A DNA stretch of 64,000 bases from Actinomycetota bacterium (lineage in GTDB: Bacteria; Actinomycetota; UBA4738; HRBIN12), in contig DASUTU010000123.1 of the NCBI GenBank assembly GCA_036374435.1, forward strand, positions 1,241-65,240, written 5' to 3'. Made by a program: the position numbers and the translations under genes. Every line of letters begins with the position of its first letter. Positions within the stretch are counted from its first letter, which is position 1. This document shows positions 46,942-58,318 of this stretch, piece after piece. The notes beneath the pieces were generated by a model. It saw only the letters and a list, made by a program, of their open reading frames with translations. It was not told the origin of the DNA and searched no databases.

Positions 46942-46955
46942 ATCATGAAGTCTAG

Positions 46956-46970
46956 CATGATGACATCATG
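46956..46970. promoter_or_regulatory. perfect 15-bp palindrome CATGATG-A-CATCATG upstream of vapB, with a flanking CATCATGA/TCATGATG inverted repeat; probable VapBC operator
   Basis: Seen in the sequence 15-30 nt upstream of the vapB start. Confidence 0.6.
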
Positions 46971-47143
46971 ATGCCTCGCAGCAACCGAGCAGAGGGCGCC
47001 ACGCGCGGAGCGGGGGCCGGCTGGACCCGACGCCGTCGCTGCGGCATCCTGCCCCACCTAAGCGTTTCGCGTCCGATCGGCATCTTTCGTCCATGCAGGC
47101 AGAGGGCAACGTCGTGCGGCTCCCGGTCGCGGAGGAGCGCCCC

Positions 47144-47611
47144 ATGGACTTCTCGGCGTTCTTCGCCGAGGAGCACCGAGGGCTGTTCAAGCTCCTGTAC
47201 TTCGTGACGGGGAACCGGGCGGATGCCGCCGAGCTGATGCAGGACGCATTCCTGAAGCTGTGGGAGCGGTGGGACCGGATCGATCGGATCTCGGACCCAC
47301 GGGCGTACCTGTTCCGCGTGGCGTTGAACGGATCCCGGATGCGGGCGCGCGCCGCACGCCGGGCTGCGCGGAAGCTGGTCTCCGTCGCCGCGTCTCACGA
47401 TCCGTACGACGAGGTGAACCTCAGGGAGGACGTCCGGAAGATGCTGCTGGGGCTTTCGCCGCGACAACGTGCCGCCCTCGTCCTGCTCGACCTGCACGGC
47501 CTCGACTCCGACGAGGCCGCCCGGATCATGGGGATCCGTCCCTCGACGGTCCGGGCGCTCGCCTCGCAGGGCCGAGCCGTGCTCCGGGCCTCAGGAGGCC
47601 TGCATGTCTGA
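47144..47611 (+). CDS. ECF-type RNA polymerase sigma factor (sigma-70 regions 2 and 4), copy 1
   Basis: ATG at 47144 after GGAGGAG (the listed ORF starts at 47093 without an RBS). ...FLKLWERWDRIDRISDPRAYLFRVALNGSRMRAR... and a region-4 HTH (LSPRQRAALVLLDLHGLDSDEAARIMGIRPSTVRALASQGR). Confidence 0.85.
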   Translation: MDFSAFFAEEHRGLFKLLYFVTGNRADAAELMQDAFLKLWERWDRIDRISDPRAYLFRVALNGSRMRARAARRAARKLVSVAASHDPYDEVNLREDVRKMLLGLSPRQRAALVLLDLHGLDSDEAARIMGIRPSTVRALASQGRAVLRASGGLHV

Positions 47612-48587
47612 GCTGAGGGAGGTGTTCGAGATGGTGACCAAACAGGCCGAGCCGGACCTCGACGTCTGGAGGGAGCAGGAGCGGCGCCAACGGCGGCACA
47701 CAAACCGTAGGAAGGTCGGCGTCTACGCCCTGGTGGCCCTGATCGCGATCGGCGTGGCGGCCGCAGCCGTGGGCCTGCTTCGCCGGGCCGACCCGGCGGG
47801 CGTCCCCGCCGACGACCCGAACGAGGTTCCACAGGAGCGACCGGAGGGAGCGCCGCCGACGGCGGGGGGGCTCGCCGGGCTCTGGCTCGAGGACGTCGCC
47901 GAGCGCGGGATCGCCGGAGCGGGCGTCAGTCCCACCGTCGTGTGGTTCACGGCGGACGGGCAGGTCCGGCTCGACAACGGAGGCGACCTGTCGTTCCCGT
48001 ATTGCCCCGGGACCTACGCGCTCGACGGCGACCGGATCGCGTGGGACTGCGGCAACGACGAGTGGGTGATGAGGGCGGGGCTGACCGAGGACGGCTGGCT
48101 ACGAGCCGTGGTGGTGGAGAGCCGGGCGGTCCCGGCGCCCGTGGGAGCGCGGCGCGGCTGGATGCGGGTGTTCCCGGGCTCGCCCGCAAGCGCGGCGATC
48201 CGGGTCGGTGGGGACACCGACTGGGCGCCCTACGACCTCGAGAACGCCTCGGCGTTCCAGGGCGTCTGGGTGAGCGACGACGGCGAGCTCCTGGTCTCGG
48301 TGGGGCTCACCGGCACCTACGAGATCCACGAGGCCGGCGGGCGGGGCGTCGAGCCGCTCGACGTCGGCACGGTCGAGTTGGACGGGGACGAGATCACGTT
48401 CACGAGCGGATCCGAATCTCCGAGCTGTGCCGAGGGCGACCGGATGGCCTGGTCGGTCGAACGCGGCACGCCCGCACCGGCGCCGGGGATCCACGGCGTG
48501 GTCCGTTCCACCGTGGGTGAGGACGCCTGTGCGGCTCGGGCCGAGCTCGACCTGGAGAGGATCTGGCTCCGGCTCAGCATCAGGTGA
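47606..48587 (+). CDS. membrane-anchored anti-sigma-factor-like protein, copy 1
   Basis: The ATG overlaps the sigma-factor stop (ATGTCTGA). N-terminal cytoplasmic segment, a single TM (VGVYALVALIAIGVAAAAVGLL), then an extracytoplasmic domain. Confidence 0.65.
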
Positions 48588-48594
48588 CGCGACA

Positions 48595-48632
48595 CCGACG
48601 GCCCGGCAGCCCTTTGGTTGCCGGGCCGTCGG
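48595..48632 (+). terminator. 17-bp stem hairpin CCGACGGCCCGGCAGCC-cttt-GGTTGCCGGGCCGTCGG; copy 1 of a repeated element
   Basis: Starts 8 nt after the anti-sigma stop. A near-identical element recurs at 50866-50906. Confidence 0.55.
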
Positions 48633-48754
48633 TTCGCACGCTCCGGCTCGGCCGCCCGGCTGCTCGAGCCGTAGGCTGATCGAATCTCACCGTGCCCGCT
48701 AGACGCGAGGAGTGGCTCGTGCATCCATGGTCCATGCGGGCGGAGGGTGAGGTC

Positions 48755-49258
48755 GTGCACTTCCCGACCGAGCGCGTCGAGGCCAGGGCCCGCTTCGACG
48801 AGTTCGTCGAGGACGAACACGAACGCCTCTACAAGGCTCTGTACTTCGTGACCGGGAGCCGTGAGGACGCCGAGGACCTATCGCAGGAGGCGTTTCTCAA
48901 GCTCTGGGAGCGATGGGACCGGATCGATCGGATCGACGATCCGACGGCCTACCTGTTCCGGGTGGCGCTGAACGGATTCCGGATGCGGCGTCGCCGGGCG
49001 GCGATGGCGCTCCGGAGACTTCCGCCGGTCCAGGGACCGCGGGACGAGTTCGCGGAGGCGGAGATGCGCGCGGACGTTCGCCTGCTCCTCCTCGGCCTCT
49101 CGCCCCGGCAGCGGGCCGCCCTCCTGCTCGTGGACCTGCTCGGGTACCCCTCCGAGCAGGCGGCGCGCATCCTGCGCGTCCGGCCGTCGACGGTGCGGAA
49201 CCTGGCGAGCCAGGGACGACGGGCCCTCAGAGCGGCGGAAGGAGCGCGGGATGCCTGA
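48755..49258 (+). CDS. ECF-type RNA polymerase sigma factor, copy 2 (paralogue of 47144..47611)
   Basis: GTG at 48755 after GGAGGG. FLKLWERWDRIDRIDDPTAYLFRVALNGFRMRRR... is almost identical to copy 1. Region-4 HTH present. Confidence 0.8.
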   Translation: MHFPTERVEARARFDEFVEDEHERLYKALYFVTGSREDAEDLSQEAFLKLWERWDRIDRIDDPTAYLFRVALNGFRMRRRRAAMALRRLPPVQGPRDEFAEAEMRADVRLLLLGLSPRQRAALLLVDLLGYPSEQAARILRVRPSTVRNLASQGRRALRAAEGARDA

Positions 49259-50198
49259 CGTACAGGAGGTGTTCCGTATGGCCACCCAGAAGGTTCGTCC
49301 CGACGAGGGCTTCGTCGATCGGCAGCTCGAGCACCAGCGACGGCGGAGCCGGAACCGACGAGTCGGCACCTACGTTCTGGTCGGAGCGATCGGCATCGTG
49401 GGCGCGATCGTCGCTTTCAGTCTCGGCTTCCGAGGCGACCAGCAGGTCCCCGCGACTCGGCCCACGCAAGCACCGGTCGTGGCGGAGGCTCTGGAGCTGA
49501 GCGACCTCGTTGGTGTGTGGTTCGAGGTGGACGGATCGCACCTGCTCAACATCAGCCGGGACGGCTCGTACGCGCTGGACGACTCGGGTCTTCTCGACAC
49601 CAGCCCCGATGACGCCGGATCCGTCGAGATCGGCGACGATGGGTCCATCCGCTTCGTGAGCAGCGCGGCGTCGCGAGAATGCACCCTTGGTGCCACGTGG
49701 GTCTGGAGATCTGCCGAGCTCGAGCAGCGAGGACTCCTGCGTGTCGCCGAGGCCGATACCGCCTGTCCCGCTGGGGTCCTCGGGTCATCCAGCTGGGGCC
49801 TGGTGGGAGGAGGCCCGGTGAGCCCGCTGAGCGAGCCCGTCCCGGGTCCCGACCAGCGGGAGGGGAGACCCATCACGAGGGACGACCTGATCGGGTTCTG
49901 GGACAACCCCAATGGTCCTGGTCTGTTCCGGTTCTCGGCGGACGGGACGTTCGCGGGCTACTTCCCCGAGAGTCTCGATAGCCCGCCGCTCCTGACTGGG
50001 ACCTGGGAGGTCCGGGGCAATCGGATTCGCCAGGTCTTCACGTCGACCCGAATCCCCGGATGCACCGCCGGCGACGTCGAAGTCTTTGAGGCGGAACTGA
50101 TCGAACTGGCGGACGGCGTCGCGCTGCGCACCAACGTGTTGCGAAGCTGCGGGGAGATCCTTCCGCCCCCCGTACAGGTGCGCATCTCTCCGCGATAG
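49251..50198 (+). CDS. membrane-anchored anti-sigma-factor-like protein, copy 2
   Basis: ATG after GGAAGGAG overlaps the sigma stop. The N-terminus (MPDVQEVFRMATQKVRPDEG...RRVGTYVLVGAIGIVGAIVAF) is paralogous to copy 1. Confidence 0.65.
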   Translation: MPDVQEVFRMATQKVRPDEGFVDRQLEHQRRRSRNRRVGTYVLVGAIGIVGAIVAFSLGFRGDQQVPATRPTQAPVVAEALELSDLVGVWFEVDGSHLLNISRDGSYALDDSGLLDTSPDDAGSVEIGDDGSIRFVSSAASRECTLGATWVWRSAELEQRGLLRVAEADTACPAGVLGSSSWGLVGGGPVSPLSEPVPGPDQREGRPITRDDLIGFWDNPNGPGLFRFSADGTFAGYFPESLDSPPLLTGTWEVRGNRIRQVFTSTRIPGCTAGDVEVFEAELIELADGVALRTNVLRSCGEILPPPVQVRISPR

Positions 50199-50258
50199 GT
50201 GGTGTACGCGGTGGGAAGCCAACGTCGACCCCGAGCCTTTCGCTGGAAGGAGGCAGAC

Positions 50259-50741
50259 ATGAACCGCAGGCTTCTCTCGGTGCTCGCCGTCTTGGCGGTC
50301 CTCGGAGCGTCCGGAGTGGCGCACGCATCGCCACCAACAACCGCGAGCGGGACGTACGTCGTCACGGCCATCACCGGCTTCGCGCTCCACCCCGCCGGCC
50401 CAAACGCCTTCGGCGAGCAGACCACGACAGGAGTCTTCGCCGGGACGTTGACGGGCACCTTCGAAGACGAGATCAGGTTCATCGTCCATCCCAACGGGCT
50501 CGTCGGGGCTCGGGGCACGTTGACCTGTGTCTGCACGGTCTCCGGAAGGTCGGGCACCCTGGAGTTCGTTCAGGTGAGCACCGGGGACTTCGAAGCGCAG
50601 GCCTTCGAAGGTCGCGCGATCATCACGCGGGGGACAGGAGACCTCGTCGGTCTTCACGGAGTTCTGCACTTGCTTGGCACCGTTGATCCAGGAGGACTGG
50701 CCACCGTCAGCTACGCAGGGCAGATCAACTTCGCTCCGTGA
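50259..50741 (+). CDS. secreted hypothetical protein (signal peptide)
   Basis: ATG after GGAAGGAGG. Product MNRRLLSVLAVLAVLGASGVAHA... Confidence 0.55.
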   Translation: MNRRLLSVLAVLAVLGASGVAHASPPTTASGTYVVTAITGFALHPAGPNAFGEQTTTGVFAGTLTGTFEDEIRFIVHPNGLVGARGTLTCVCTVSGRSGTLEFVQVSTGDFEAQAFEGRAIITRGTGDLVGLHGVLHLLGTVDPGGLATVSYAGQINFAP

Positions 50742-50844
50742 CCCGGTGGCCTCGAGCCGAGTCTCGGTGGTGAGCTGAGCGATGGCCCGTCGCCGCTGCC
50801 CCCGAGCGCAGGTACCCCCCGAGGCATGGCTAGCGGCTCCAGCC

Positions 50845-50906
50845 AGGACACCGAACGGCCCAGGACACCGAACGGCCCGGCAGCCTCTCGGTTGCCGGGC
50901 CTTCGG
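50845..50906 (+). repeat. 17-bp tandem duplication (CAGGACACCGAACGGCC x2) followed by hairpin copy 2 of the 48595 element
   Basis: Seen directly: caggacaccgaacggcc caggacaccgaacggcc cggcagcc tctcg gttgccgggccttcgg. Confidence 0.6.
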
Positions 50907-50959
50907 TCTTGCGGCCGGGCGGCCGGAGCCGCCCGACGTCCGGATCCTCCGCTACCGGA

Positions 50960-53452
<2,493 letters not shown>

Positions 53453-53818
53453 ATGACTCCCCCGGGGCCCACGGGCCCCTCTTCCTCTGGCGCAACAGCC
53501 CTCGGGGATCCTCGGACCCCGTCCTACCCCCGAGGCAGGTCGGGCGCCTCGATGGTGCGCTTTACAGCGCGCCTTCCGAAGCGCCCCACGTGGGTCAGTA
53601 TACCCCTGGGCCCCGATACGGCCGTTCGGCCGACCCACTCACCCTTTCCCCGATCCACGCGTTCGTACCGTATATTCGGTCACGATCGCGTTCGGGATGA
53701 GCCGAAGGGAAAGATGTAGGCCGCCGCACGCGATATCGGCCGAATGGGCCAATTGAGATTCCCCCTTCTGGGGCATGGGCGGAAGCGCCGTCCTCGGAGA
53801 GGATTCTTACGGCGAGCC

Positions 53819-53850
53819 GGATCTTCCCCGAGGATCCTTCCCCGGAAGGA
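53819..53850. promoter_or_regulatory. direct repeat GGATCTTCCCC / GATCCTTCCCC followed by palindrome CCTTCC-CC-GGAAGG overlapping the RBS of the receiver gene
   Basis: Seen in the sequence immediately upstream of the TTG start at 53860. Confidence 0.35.
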
Positions 53851-53859
53851 GAGCTTCTG

Positions 53860-54264
53860 TTGCGGATCCTGGTGGTCGACGACCACCCGGCGTTTCGCCG
53901 GGCGCTGACCTCTGCCCTGAGGCTGGTGAAGGACATCGAGGTCGTCGCCGAGGCCGGCGGGGGCGTGGAGGCGGCCGAACGCGCCGTCCAGGGCAACCCG
54001 GACCTGGTGTTGATGGACCTGTCCATGCCCGACCTCGACGGCATCGCGGCCATGCGCCGGATCCACGAGACCAAGCCGGATCTCCGGGTGGTCATCCTGA
54101 CGGCGCACGCGGACCCCGGGGTCGAACGCGAGGCGCGCGAGGCCGGCGCCTCGGGGTTCCTCGCGAAGGGAACCGCCCTCGAGGAGCTCGTGGTCGTCCT
54201 GCACGAGGCCGCCGACAACCGCCCACCCATTCGGCCGCCCGAGCCCGTGGAGGAAGTGATCTAG
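53860..54264 (+). CDS. stand-alone response-regulator receiver domain protein (CheY-like, no output domain)
   Basis: TTG start after GGAAGGAGAG. ILVVDDHP...DLVLMDLSMPDLDG...ILTAHAD...FLAKG. Confidence 0.75.
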   Translation: MRILVVDDHPAFRRALTSALRLVKDIEVVAEAGGGVEAAERAVQGNPDLVLMDLSMPDLDGIAAMRRIHETKPDLRVVILTAHADPGVEREAREAGASGFLAKGTALEELVVVLHEAADNRPPIRPPEPVEEVI

Positions 54265-55760
54265 CCGCCGCCCTCGGGACGGTGGTGCGGGAACAGGATG
54301 AGGTCGCGGAGCGACGGCGCGTCCGTGAGCACCAGCAGGAGCCGGTCGATCCCGATCCCGACGCCGCCGGCCGGCGGCATGCCGTGTTCGAGAGCGACGA
54401 GGAAGTCCTCGTCGTATGGATGTGTCTCCTCGGCTCCCGCAGCGCGTTCGGCGGCCTGCAGCTCGAACTTCGCGCGCTGCTCGTCCGGGTCGGTGAGCTC
54501 GCTGAACGCCGTGCCCTGCTCGACGCCGCCGATCACGACGTCGAAGTGCTCGGTGAGGTTCCGGTCCGCTCGGTGGGGACGAGCCAGCGGGGAGACCTCA
54601 CGAGGGAAGTCGCACACGAACGTCGGCTCCCACAACGTGGGTTCGACGAGCTTCTCGAACAGCTCCAGGGCGATCTTGCCCGGACCCCAGGCCTCGTCCA
54701 CCCGAACGTCGTGGCGCTCGGCGAGCTTGCCGAGATCCGTTCGGTCCAGCGCGACCTCCTCGCCCACGACCCCGGACACGCTGTCGAGGACCGTCACCCG
54801 GCGCCACGGCGGCTGGAGATCGAGCTCGCGCCCCCGGAACTCGAACACGAGTCCACCCCGGACGGCGCTCGCCGATGCGGTGAGAAGCTCCTCGGTCAGC
54901 CGCATGATGTCCTCGTAGTCCGCGAACGCCTGGTACAGCTCGACCATCGTGAACTCCGGGTTGTGCTCGCGGTCGATCCCCTCGTTCCGGAAGGTGCGCC
55001 CGATCTCGTAGACGCGCTCCAGGCCGCCCACCAGCAGGCGCTTGAGGTACAGCTCGAGCGAGATCCGCAGCTTCAGATCGATGTCGAGGACGTTGTGGTG
55101 CGTCGTGAACGGCCTGGCCATGGCGCCGCCGGCGACGTTCTGCAGGACGGGCGTCTCCACCTCGACGAACCCGCGAGCGTCGAGCTCCGACCGCAACGTC
55201 CGAAGGACCGTCGCGCGCGCCATGGTGTACCGACGCACGGTCGGATCGGTGGCCAGGTGGAGGTATCGCTGTCGCTGCTGCAGGTCCGGGTCGCGCAACC
55301 CGTGCCACTTCTCGGGAAGCGGCCGGAGCGCCTTCGTGAGCATGGCCAGACGGTCCACGAAGATCGAGAGCTCGCCCTTGCGAGTCGTTCCGATCCGCCC
55401 GGTCGCGCCGATGATGTCGCCGAGATCGATCTCGTCCACCAGAGCCCACACGGCATCGTCCAACGCCCCGCGATCACACACGAGCTGGACCTCGCCGTCC
55501 CGGTCGCGAACGACCAGGAACACGAGCTTGCCGAACTTCCGCCGAAGGACGACGCGGCCGGCGACCGTCGCCACGTCGTCCGTCGCGGTCTCGGACGGCA
55601 GGCCCGAGTGTCGTTCCCTGATCGTCGACGTCGAGGTCGGTTCGCGAGCTCCGAGCGCCTGTTCGAGGGTGAGCGCGAACGCCTTGTCGCCCAGCCGTTC
55701 GCGGCTGGCGCGGCGAGCCCGTAATACCTCGGCCTCGCGCCCCGTGGCCTCCTCAGTCAT
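54261..55760 (-). CDS. lysS: lysine--tRNA ligase (class II)
   Basis: OB-fold anticodon-binding N-domain plus class II motifs (FRNEGIDREHNPEFTMVE; GGVGIGIDRLLLVLTD). Confidence 0.93.
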   Translation of the reverse strand: MTEEATGREAEVLRARRASRERLGDKAFALTLEQALGAREPTSTSTIRERHSGLPSETATDDVATVAGRVVLRRKFGKLVFLVVRDRDGEVQLVCDRGALDDAVWALVDEIDLGDIIGATGRIGTTRKGELSIFVDRLAMLTKALRPLPEKWHGLRDPDLQQRQRYLHLATDPTVRRYTMARATVLRTLRSELDARGFVEVETPVLQNVAGGAMARPFTTHHNVLDIDLKLRISLELYLKRLLVGGLERVYEIGRTFRNEGIDREHNPEFTMVELYQAFADYEDIMRLTEELLTASASAVRGGLVFEFRGRELDLQPPWRRVTVLDSVSGVVGEEVALDRTDLGKLAERHDVRVDEAWGPGKIALELFEKLVEPTLWEPTFVCDFPREVSPLARPHRADRNLTEHFDVVIGGVEQGTAFSELTDPDEQRAKFELQAAERAAGAEETHPYDEDFLVALEHGMPPAGGVGIGIDRLLLVLTDAPSLRDLILFPHHRPEGGG

Positions 55761-56538
55761 CGGCGGCCGGCCCGACGTTGCGCTCGAACACCAGCCGGAG
55801 CCCCTCGAGCGTGAGCCACGGCTCGTGCTCGTCGACGAGCTGGCAGTGAGGGACGATCAACGGCGCGAGCCCCCCGGTGGCGACGACCGTGGCCGACCCG
55901 CCGAGCTCCTTGCGGATCCGTTCGACCATGCCGTCGGCCTCGGCGGCCGAGCCGAACAGGAGCGCCGACTGGATGGCCTCGACGGTGTTCTTTCCGATGG
56001 GGGCCCGGGGCGCCTGGAGCTCCACCTGCGGCAGCCGCGCGGTCGCGCGAGCCAGCGACGTGTTCCTCGTCTGAACGCCGGGGGAGATGGCGCCCCCGAG
56101 CAGCTCGCCACGGTCGGAGACGGCGTCGTAGGTCGTGGCCGTCCCGAAGTCGATCACGATGCACGGCCCCCCGTAGCGGTCGAATGCCGCGAGCGCATTC
56201 ACCACGCGATCGGCGCCGAGCTCACGCGGATTGTCGGTGAGGATGGAGATCCCGGTCCTGGTCCCGGGCTCGACGACGACCGGCGGGAAGGCGAAGTACC
56301 GATGCACCATGTCGCGCAGGGCCGAGGTCGACCTCGGGACGACCGAGCTGATCGCCACCCCGGTGATCTGTCGGGAGAACGACAACCCGGCCTGTTCGAG
56401 CAGGCCGGCGAACAGCACCGCGAGCTCGTCGGCCGTGCGTTCGGGTTCGGTCGAGGCGGCCCACTGGTGTTCGAGCGTGGTGCCCTGGAACACGCCGAGG
56501 ATGGTGTTCGTGTTCCCCACGTTCACGGCCAGCAGCAC
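55753..56538 (-). CDS. coaX: type III pantothenate kinase
   Basis: GTG at 56538 after GAGGAGG. VLLAVNVGNTNT...IDFGTATT...GGLA. Confidence 0.88.
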   Translation of the reverse strand: MLLAVNVGNTNTILGVFQGTTLEHQWAASTEPERTADELAVLFAGLLEQAGLSFSRQITGVAISSVVPRSTSALRDMVHRYFAFPPVVVEPGTRTGISILTDNPRELGADRVVNALAAFDRYGGPCIVIDFGTATTYDAVSDRGELLGGAISPGVQTRNTSLARATARLPQVELQAPRAPIGKNTVEAIQSALLFGSAAEADGMVERIRKELGGSATVVATGGLAPLIVPHCQLVDEHEPWLTLEGLRLVFERNVGPAADD

Positions 56539-56595
56539 GGGTTCACCTCCTCGGTCGCGCCATCCTGCCACGCTCGGCCGGGCGCGACACCCGCG

Positions 56596-57441
56596 TCATG
56601 CCGTCGGCAGGGCGAGCGTGTCGATGAGTCGGACTTCGCCGAACCGAGCGGCCACGAGGGCCCGCGCCGGGGCGCGGATCTCCTGCACCTGGTCGAAGGT
56701 GGCCTCGTCGACCACCGCCGCGTAGTCGAGCCGGGCCGCCGCGGTGGCCCCGATCTCCCTCGCCATCGCGGCCACGAGGACTCGGGCGTCCCGCTCGCCC
56801 TCCCGGGACAGCTCGGCGGCCTCGGACAGCGCGAGGAACAGGCACCCGGCCGCCTCCCGCTGCTCGCGCGACAGGTGTTCGTTCCGCGAGGACATCGCCA
56901 GGCCGTCGGGCTCTCGAACGGTCGGGCACGGCGTCACGTGGACCGGGAACGAGAGATCGCGCACCAGGCGCCGCACCACGGCGAGCTGCTGCGCGTCCTT
57001 CTCCCCGAAGTACGCGGTGCAGGGCCCCACGGCGTGCAGGAGCTTCGACACGACCGTGGCCACCCCCCGGAAGTGACCGGGCCGGACGGCGCCCTCCAGC
57101 CGGTCGCCGAGCGGGCCGGGATCGACGGTGACCTCCGGCTGCCCGGCCGGGTACATCTCGCGCTCGTCCGGGGCGAACACGACGTCGGCCCCGAGGCCTT
57201 CCAGGACCGCCAGGTCCCGTGGCTCGTCCCGTCGGTACCCCGACAGGTCCGAGGGGTCGTCGAACTGGAGCGGGTTCACGAAGATCGACGCCACGACCAG
57301 ATCGTTCTCCTCACGCGCGCGCCGGACCAGCGAGGCGTGTCCCTCGTGAAGGGCCCCCATCGTCGCCACGTATCCCACCCGGCTGCCGGTCGCGCGGGCC
57401 CGCTCGCAGGCGGCGAACGTTCCGGCGATGGTGCGGATCAC
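56596..57441 (-). CDS. panC: pantoate--beta-alanine ligase
   Basis: GTG at 57441 overlapping the upstream stop (GTGA). MGALHEGHASLV (HIGH-like motif). ...FGEKDAQQLAVV. Confidence 0.9.
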   Translation of the reverse strand: MIRTIAGTFAACERARATGSRVGYVATMGALHEGHASLVRRAREENDLVVASIFVNPLQFDDPSDLSGYRRDEPRDLAVLEGLGADVVFAPDEREMYPAGQPEVTVDPGPLGDRLEGAVRPGHFRGVATVVSKLLHAVGPCTAYFGEKDAQQLAVVRRLVRDLSFPVHVTPCPTVREPDGLAMSSRNEHLSREQREAAGCLFLALSEAAELSREGERDARVLVAAMAREIGATAAARLDYAAVVDEATFDQVQEIRAPARALVAARFGEVRLIDTLALPTA

Positions 57442-58301
57442 CTCCAGCGCGCCAGCACCTCCTCGACCGCCTTTCGGCGGTCGCCGGGCAACCGCCCGGC
57501 CCGCTCGGCCAGGTCGAGCGCCAGGTCGGCGAGCGCCACGTACGGGCGGACCGCCTGCGGCGCCGAGCGGGCCAGCGCCTCGAGGTTGCGAGCGACCGTG
57601 CCGGCGTCGCCGCGGACAGCCGGCCCCGTCAGGGCCTCCGCCGGGCCGACCCGGGCCACGTTGGCCAGGGTGGCCTCCTGGAGGGGGGCGAGCGCCGCGG
57701 CCGGGTCGGGGACCCCCGCGGCACCTTCGAGCTCGACTGCGAGCGCCGTGATCGCGACCAAGTAGTTCGAGGCGAACACGGCGGCCGCGTGGTACAGGGG
57801 TTTGGCCGCGTCCTCGAGCGCGAACGGCCGCCCCCCGGCGTCCCGCGCCAGTCGCTCGCCGAGCGCCCGACCCTCGTCGGACTCCGAGGTGACGGCGAAC
57901 GCCGCCCCCGGCAGCTGCTCCACCGCCGCCTCCACCGTCGGACACGTCTGGAGCGGGTGCAAGGAGAAGGTCGTCGCTCCCGCCGACTCAGCCGACGCCA
58001 GCGCGGCGAGCGCCAAGGCACCCGAGACGTGCGCCACGGCCACGCCGGGCCCGATCGCTCTGGCCCGCACGACGTCGTCACAGGCCGCGGCGATGGCCGC
58101 GTCGGGCGTCGCGATCACCACGACGTCCGCGCCGCGAGCCGCTTCGGCGTTGCCGACGACCGGGACCCCCGGCAGATGTTCGGCAGCGCGCGCCGGGGTG
58201 GCGGATCCACCGGAGACGGCGGCGATCCGATGCCCGGCCCGCCACCACAGCACGGCCAGCGCGGTCCCGACGCGGCCGGCGCCGACCACGGCGACATCCA
58301 T
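57438..58301 (-). CDS. Rossmann-like / DUF2520 domain-containing protein (conserved upstream partner of panC in Actinobacteria)
   Basis: MDVAVVGAGRVGTALA... dinucleotide-binding motif, followed by an Ala-rich C-terminal domain. Confidence 0.7.
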   Translation of the reverse strand: MDVAVVGAGRVGTALAVLWWRAGHRIAAVSGGSATPARAAEHLPGVPVVGNAEAARGADVVVIATPDAAIAAACDDVVRARAIGPGVAVAHVSGALALAALASAESAGATTFSLHPLQTCPTVEAAVEQLPGAAFAVTSESDEGRALGERLARDAGGRPFALEDAAKPLYHAAAVFASNYLVAITALAVELEGAAGVPDPAAALAPLQEATLANVARVGPAEALTGPAVRGDAGTVARNLEALARSAPQAVRPYVALADLALDLAERAGRLPGDRRKAVEEVLARWR

Positions 58302-58318
58302 GCGCCGCAGTATGCCGC

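Noticed and set aside
53456-53700. ClgR-type operator upstream of clpC
   Set aside because: Several GCGC-rich near-palindromes (e.g. GCGCTTTACAGCGCGC) are present, but none matches a CGC-N5-GCG spacing convincingly.
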